Assembly: GCA_963741205.1 (NCBI GenBank)
Contig: CAVUHW010000046.1
Span: forward strand, 1 to 11,768
Origin: Nitrospirota bacterium
Lineage (GTDB): Bacteria > Nitrospirota > UBA9217
Length of the DNA stretch: 11,768 bases
Direction of reading: 5' to 3'
The translations under genes and the position numbers were made by a program. Within the stretch, counting starts at the first letter, position 1. The number at the start of each line of letters is the position of its first letter. Positions 7,909 through 11,768 of this stretch are shown here, in pieces. Under the pieces are notes generated by a model. The model was not told the DNA's origin. It searched no databases and saw only the letters and a program-made list of their open reading frames with translations.

Positions 7909-9272
7909 GTGGGGAAAAAACAATTATTATTGAGTGTCTTGGCTGCGCTGGCCTTCGCGCTGCCGATATACGGCGCCGCCGGCCGCGTTGTTGCCCTGGA
8001 AAATGAAGCCGCTCCGGCAAAGGATTCCTGTGTGACCGCCAGTTGTCATGCTGCCATGGGGAAGGGAAAGTTCGTCCATGGGCCGGTGGCGGTGGGTGAT
8101 TGTACCTCCTGTCATAAGCAGAAGGCAAAGCATAAGTTCGAACCGATAGCGGATGTGGGCAAGCTCTGCTCGCAGTGCCACGAGCAGATGAACACGAAGA
8201 AGTTCGTCCATGAGCCCGTGAAGAAGGGAACTGTACGAAGTGCCACGACCCTCATCAGTCCCCAAACAAGTTTCAACTCCGCGCCCCGGGGGGCGACCTC
8301 TGCTTTCTGTGTCACAATAAATCACTCATGGCCGGAAAATACGTCCACGGTCCCGCCGCCGTCGGAAGCTGCAGCGCCTGCCACGCCGTTCACCAGAGCG
8401 ATTTTCCGAAGATGCTCATTGCGGAAGTAAATGACGTCTGCTTCACCTGCCATGCGGACAAGGCCAATACCCTGAAAAGCGCGAAGCACATTCATACGCC
8501 GGTGAAGCAGAGCTGCGTGAATTGCCATAGTCCTCACAGCGCTAATTTTCGGTACAATCTCAACGCCGAGAATACGCGCGGTCTTTGCCTGACCTGCCAC
8601 ATGGACAAGGACGCGGAAATCAGGGAGGCGACCGTGCCGCACAAGGGGCTCGATACGGACAGAAAGTGCCTTGCCTGCCACGACGCCCATGCCTCGAACA
8701 ACGTAAAGCAGCTGTTAAAACCACCGATGGACCTCTGCCTCAGCTGCCATGACAAGGAATACAACGGACAGAACGGGCGGATCGCGAACATGAAGGCGAT
8801 CCTCGAGAGCAACTCCGACCGCCACGGCCCGATCAAGCAGGGCGACTGCTCGGGCTGTCACAATCCTCACGGGTCCAAGAATTTCAGAATACTGCGCGAA
8901 TTCTACCCGCAGCTCTTCTACGCCGGCTACAACCCCGACAATTACAAGCTTTGCTTTATGTGCCATGAAAAGACCATCGCCAGCGACGAGAGCACCACGA
9001 CACTCACGAATTTCAGAAACGGCAGCCAAAACCTGCATTTTGTCCACGTCAATAAAGCAGTGAAAGGCCGCACGTGCCGGGCGTGCCACGACGCGCATGC
9101 CACGAACAACCCGAGGCATATTCGCGATAAAGTGCCTTTTGCGACTTGGCAGCTGCCGGTAGGCTTTAAGAAAACGGAATCCGGCGGGAGCTGTCAACCG
9201 GGTTGCCATCAGAAATTCTCTTACGACAGGGCCAAGCCGGTGGTCAATAAGCCGCCGGCGGCCGCGCGCTAG
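7909..9272 (+). CDS. Periplasmic multiheme cytochrome c (paired-CxxCH / cytochrome c3-like), ~454 aa, up to 15 hemes; one base missing at ~8228
   Basis: GTG start with G-rich SD and signal peptide (KKQLLLSVLAALAFALPIYGAA). 13 CxxCH motifs (CTSCH, CSQCH, CTKCH, CFLCH, CSACH, CFTCH, CVNCH, CLTCH, CLACH, CLSCH, CSGCH, CFMCH, CRACH) plus CVTASCH and CQPGCH. Repeating H-x-P...CxxCHxPH...LCxxCH units. CTKCH and CFLCH lie in the frame of ORF 8328..9272 upstream of its ATG. Confidence 0.92.
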
Positions 9273-9298
9273 GTGATTTTTTTTAGAGGGATGGGGAA

Positions 9299-9826
9299 AT
9301 GATGCCGCGATCCGGTCGTCAATCAATCACGATCTGCATCGTTGTTTTTTGGGCTTTCCTGGCGTTTTTGCCTCCTGCTGCATGGGGAGTTGGTGGCAAG
9401 GGTGAGACAAAAGAGGCGGCGGTGACACAAGCTACCACGACGGCGGAAAATAACGGCAAGATCGAGGAGGAGCTTGCTGCAGCCAGAGCGGCCGTCAAGA
9501 CAGACCCCTCCGACGCACAGCTCCGTGTCCAGTTGGGCCAGCTCCTTTTACGCAAGGGAGACCTTGACGGGGCCAAAAGTTCCTTTGACGAGGCCCTGAA
9601 GATCAATCCCCGATCGAGCAGCGCAAAGACCGGAAAAGGGATCGTCCTGGCGCGGAAGGGACAGCTGGCCGAAGCCGAACTGGCGCTGAAGGACGCCCTG
9701 CTCCTGAACCCAAACCCGGTTTTGACCCACTATGAACTCGGTCTTGTTTATGAGAGGCTCGGCGACCTGAACAAGGCCGTCGCGGAGTTCAAAGAGGGGA
9801 TCAGAAAGCACGAGCAGGGGAGATGA
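9299..9826 (+). CDS. Exported TPR-repeat protein (175 aa)
   Basis: Signal peptide (ICIVVFWAFLAFLPPAAWG) and about three TPR motifs (LGQLLLRKGDLDGAKSSFDEALKINP; KGIVLARKGQLAEAELALKDALLLNP; LGLVYERLGDLNKAVAEFKEGI). Confidence 0.9.
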   Translation: MMPRSGRQSITICIVVFWAFLAFLPPAAWGVGGKGETKEAAVTQATTTAENNGKIEEELAAARAAVKTDPSDAQLRVQLGQLLLRKGDLDGAKSSFDEALKINPRSSSAKTGKGIVLARKGQLAEAELALKDALLLNPNPVLTHYELGLVYERLGDLNKAVAEFKEGIRKHEQGR

Positions 9827-9897
9827 TCCCGCGGCCGGAAAACCGCCTGCGCGTGATGCTGAAGGGGATCCGCGGGCCGAGGGAGAACCGCTGTCCT

Positions 9898-11010
9898 ATG
9901 CCTTTTCGCCTGAAACGAGCACTGCTCATGACGATCTTCGCGGCCCTCTACGGCGTCCTCTCCTTTGCTCCCGCCGCAGCCACCCTGCAATCTCTTCAGA
10001 CCGGCATGCAGGCGCCTGATTTTTCCCTCAAAACCATCAACGGCGAGGCGAAATCATTCGCCGATGTAAAGGGGGAGAAGCTCACCGTTCTCGTCTTCTG
10101 GTCAACGTGGAATCCGAAATCAGAAAAGATATTGGCGAGGATGCAGCAGCTTCATGAGAAATACCAGCGGCAGGGCCTTTCGGTCATCGGCGTGAATGCC
10201 GACGGTCAGAACATCTCCGACGAGACGCTTGCCGCGATACGGGCCTTTTCAGAGAAGCTTAAAATAGGCTTCCCTATCCTCATCGACCGCGGACTTGTCG
10301 CCTTCCATGATTACGGCGTGATCGCCCTCCCGTCGACCGTCATCCTGAACGGGGAGAGGGTCATCTCTTTTGAACTGTCGGGTTATCCGCTCATGGGGGC
10401 CGAAACGCTGGACGAATTTGTAGCATCGACCGTTGAAGGGAAAAAAGCGGCTTCCGCAGTGGCGAAGGCCGGCTACCAGCCGGGCACAAGCGCCCTCCGT
10501 TTTTACAACATGGGCAAGACCGCCCTGAAATCGAGGCGCACGGCCGATACTGCCGAGATGTGGTTCAAGAAGGCAATGGAAGCGGATGCAGGATTCGTGC
10601 TTCCTTATTTGAGCCTGGGGACCCTGTATCTGGAGCGGGGGGATGCGGCGCTTGCGAAGGGGGCGTTTAACGAGGCGCTCGTCCGGGAGCCGGAAAATCC
10701 CATCGCCCTCTGTCAAATTGGGCATGATCCTGGTGAATGAGGGGCAGGGAAAGGAAGGCGCGGCCTTGTTTGAAAAGGCCAGGAAGGTGGAAGGACCTAT
10801 GCCCCCTGCTACTACTACGCCGGATTTGCCTACGGAAAAGAGGGCATGTTGTCGGATGCGCTCAAGATGTTCGATGAGGCCGAAAAAATGAACCCGAACG
10901 ACTATAAGAACTTTGCTTACAAAGGCAGGGTTTCCGAGGGACAAAAGGACCAGAGAAATGCTTTTGAAGCATATAAAAAGGCTCTTGAAATTATTCTCCA
11001 GCTCAACTGA
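9898..11010 (+). CDS. Exported TlpA/ResA-like thioredoxin-fold (redoxin) + TPR protein lacking CxxC; compensating frameshifts at ~10715 and ~10795 (alternative start 9823)
   Basis: Signal peptide, GMQAPDFSLKTING, LVFWSTWNPKS at the WCxxC position, VIGVNAD, cis-Pro region YGVIALPSTVIL. TPRs continue through LGMILVNEGQGKEGAALFEKA (ORF 10643 frame) and back to YAPCYYYAGFAYGKEG...AFEAYKKALEIILQLN* (TGA 11008-11010). Confidence 0.85.
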
Positions 11011-11059
11011 ACCGGGCCCGTTCCCTCTTCAAAAAATGCCCCCGGCGTACCGCGGGGGG

Positions 11060-11206
11060 AGGGACCTTTATTAGTTCATGGCGGCTGCTTGCGCCCTTGT
11101 GCTTGTTCATCTCTACACCCGAAGACGTCCGCTGGACAAACTTGCTGCGCGAACTGCCATGAGAACAGCTCGATTACAATTCTGCCGATCCTGCCATAAA
11201 AAGTGA
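11060..11206 (+). CDS. Probable small diheme c-type cytochrome, possibly a lipoprotein; heavily frameshifted, start uncertain
   Basis: CANCH at 11146-11160 and CRSCHKK* at 11183-11206 in adjacent frames; upstream hydrophobic stretch (MAAACAL...) followed by ACSSLHP resembles a lipobox. Confidence 0.5.
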
Positions 11207-11220
11207 CGGTCTTCCATACC

Positions 11221-11614
11221 ATGAATGACGCCGAGATGCGGTCCCTGCTCATCGATTACATGAAGAGGGGTTTTCTGGACAACATCGTCGCCCTGTTCCG
11301 TCAGGATCCGTCGCTTTACTGTTAGTTCATCCGCCGATATGCTCGGCGATGACAATATCCAGGTGGTTACTCGGCGCGACGGCTCTGGTTGAAGAGCTTG
11401 CTTAGGGAGCGCCGAACCCGGGCTTAAGGAACGCGGTCCAGGGTACTTATGAAACTCCTCGCGCACGAGAACCCCGACGATCAGGGGAGATGCCGCTTTC
11501 GGTTCTCGGCGTAACGCGGATTGGGTGCAAAGGAAGCTCTCGATGCATGCTTGAAGGACGACGGATCCGGCGGTCAGGGAAGCAGCCAGGGAAGCGCTGG
11601 AGGAAATCGGGTGA
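11221..11614 (+). CDS. HEAT/PBS-lyase-like repeat protein (~125 aa), broken by multiple indels
   Basis: MNDAEMRSLLIDYMKRGFLDNIVALFRQDPSLY, then across frames ADMLGDDNIQV..LGATALVEELA, LMKLLAHENPTIRGDAASVLGV and DPAVREAAREALEEIG* (TGA 11612-11614), which are typical HEAT repeats. Confidence 0.72.
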
Positions 11615-11695
11615 CGGGACCGACGATAGTAAAATTACAATCAGCCTTCCTTCCTCGATTCTTTTCACATTGAAGCCTCATCTCGCTTGTTTTGC

Positions 11696-11723
11696 TTGAC
11701 AAACGCGCTGGAGATGTTATCCT
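11696..11723 (+). promoter_or_regulatory. Sigma70-type promoter for a transcript running out of the window
   Basis: TTGACA (11696-11701), 16-bp spacer, TG-t-TATCCT (11715-11723). Confidence 0.55.
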
Positions 11724-11768
11724 GTATTTGCTCGCGAACCCTGCGGCACTGCCGGTGAACATTGAAGG

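Noticed and set aside
2960-11614. Programmed frameshifting or widespread pseudogenisation to explain the many split genes
   Set aside because: Indels hit unrelated genes, several lie in short homopolymers (atgggac, aagggaa, caaattg), catalytic motifs are intact and error density rises toward the end. Long-read error is the simplest explanation, though only accurate reads can exclude real mutations.
437-11762. Remaining antisense and alternate-frame ORFs in the track (e.g. 645..1115, 1365..1865, 5792..6325, 8715..9326, 10249..10944, 11113..11466)
   Set aside because: They are shadows of well-supported genes in GC-rich DNA and have no recognisable motifs.

Overview
Bacterial window; gene content suggests an anaerobic Desulfobacterota/Nitrospirota-like host (inference). 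Many genes carry single-base indels, most likely long-read errors, and quality collapses after ~11.0 kb. Left to right: (1) the 3' half of tRNA-Glu(UUC) with its terminator, then a degenerate second copy of that tRNA-end+terminator unit; (2) a possible accessory module: a ~1,090-aa MalT-like STAND ATPase/TPR regulator ending in a winged-helix + BTAD domain, an 11-bp-period TGTAAGT direct repeat in place of a -35, a 61-aa small protein and a secreted NHL-repeat protein; (3) the NHL gene is cut off by an orphan right end of an IS1202/ISNCY-type element, which still carries the transposase C-terminal DHPWKR motif; (4) glycogen phosphorylase on the minus strand; (5) a divergently transcribed redox operon: ~15-heme cytochrome c, exported TPR protein, thioredoxin-fold/TPR protein lacking both catalytic cysteines, a probable small diheme cytochrome and a HEAT-repeat protein. 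The last two are missed by the ORF track. The best candidates for poorly described systems are the STAND-BTAD/small-protein/secreted-target module and the cytochrome/Cys-less redoxin operon. Novelty cannot be confirmed without database searches.
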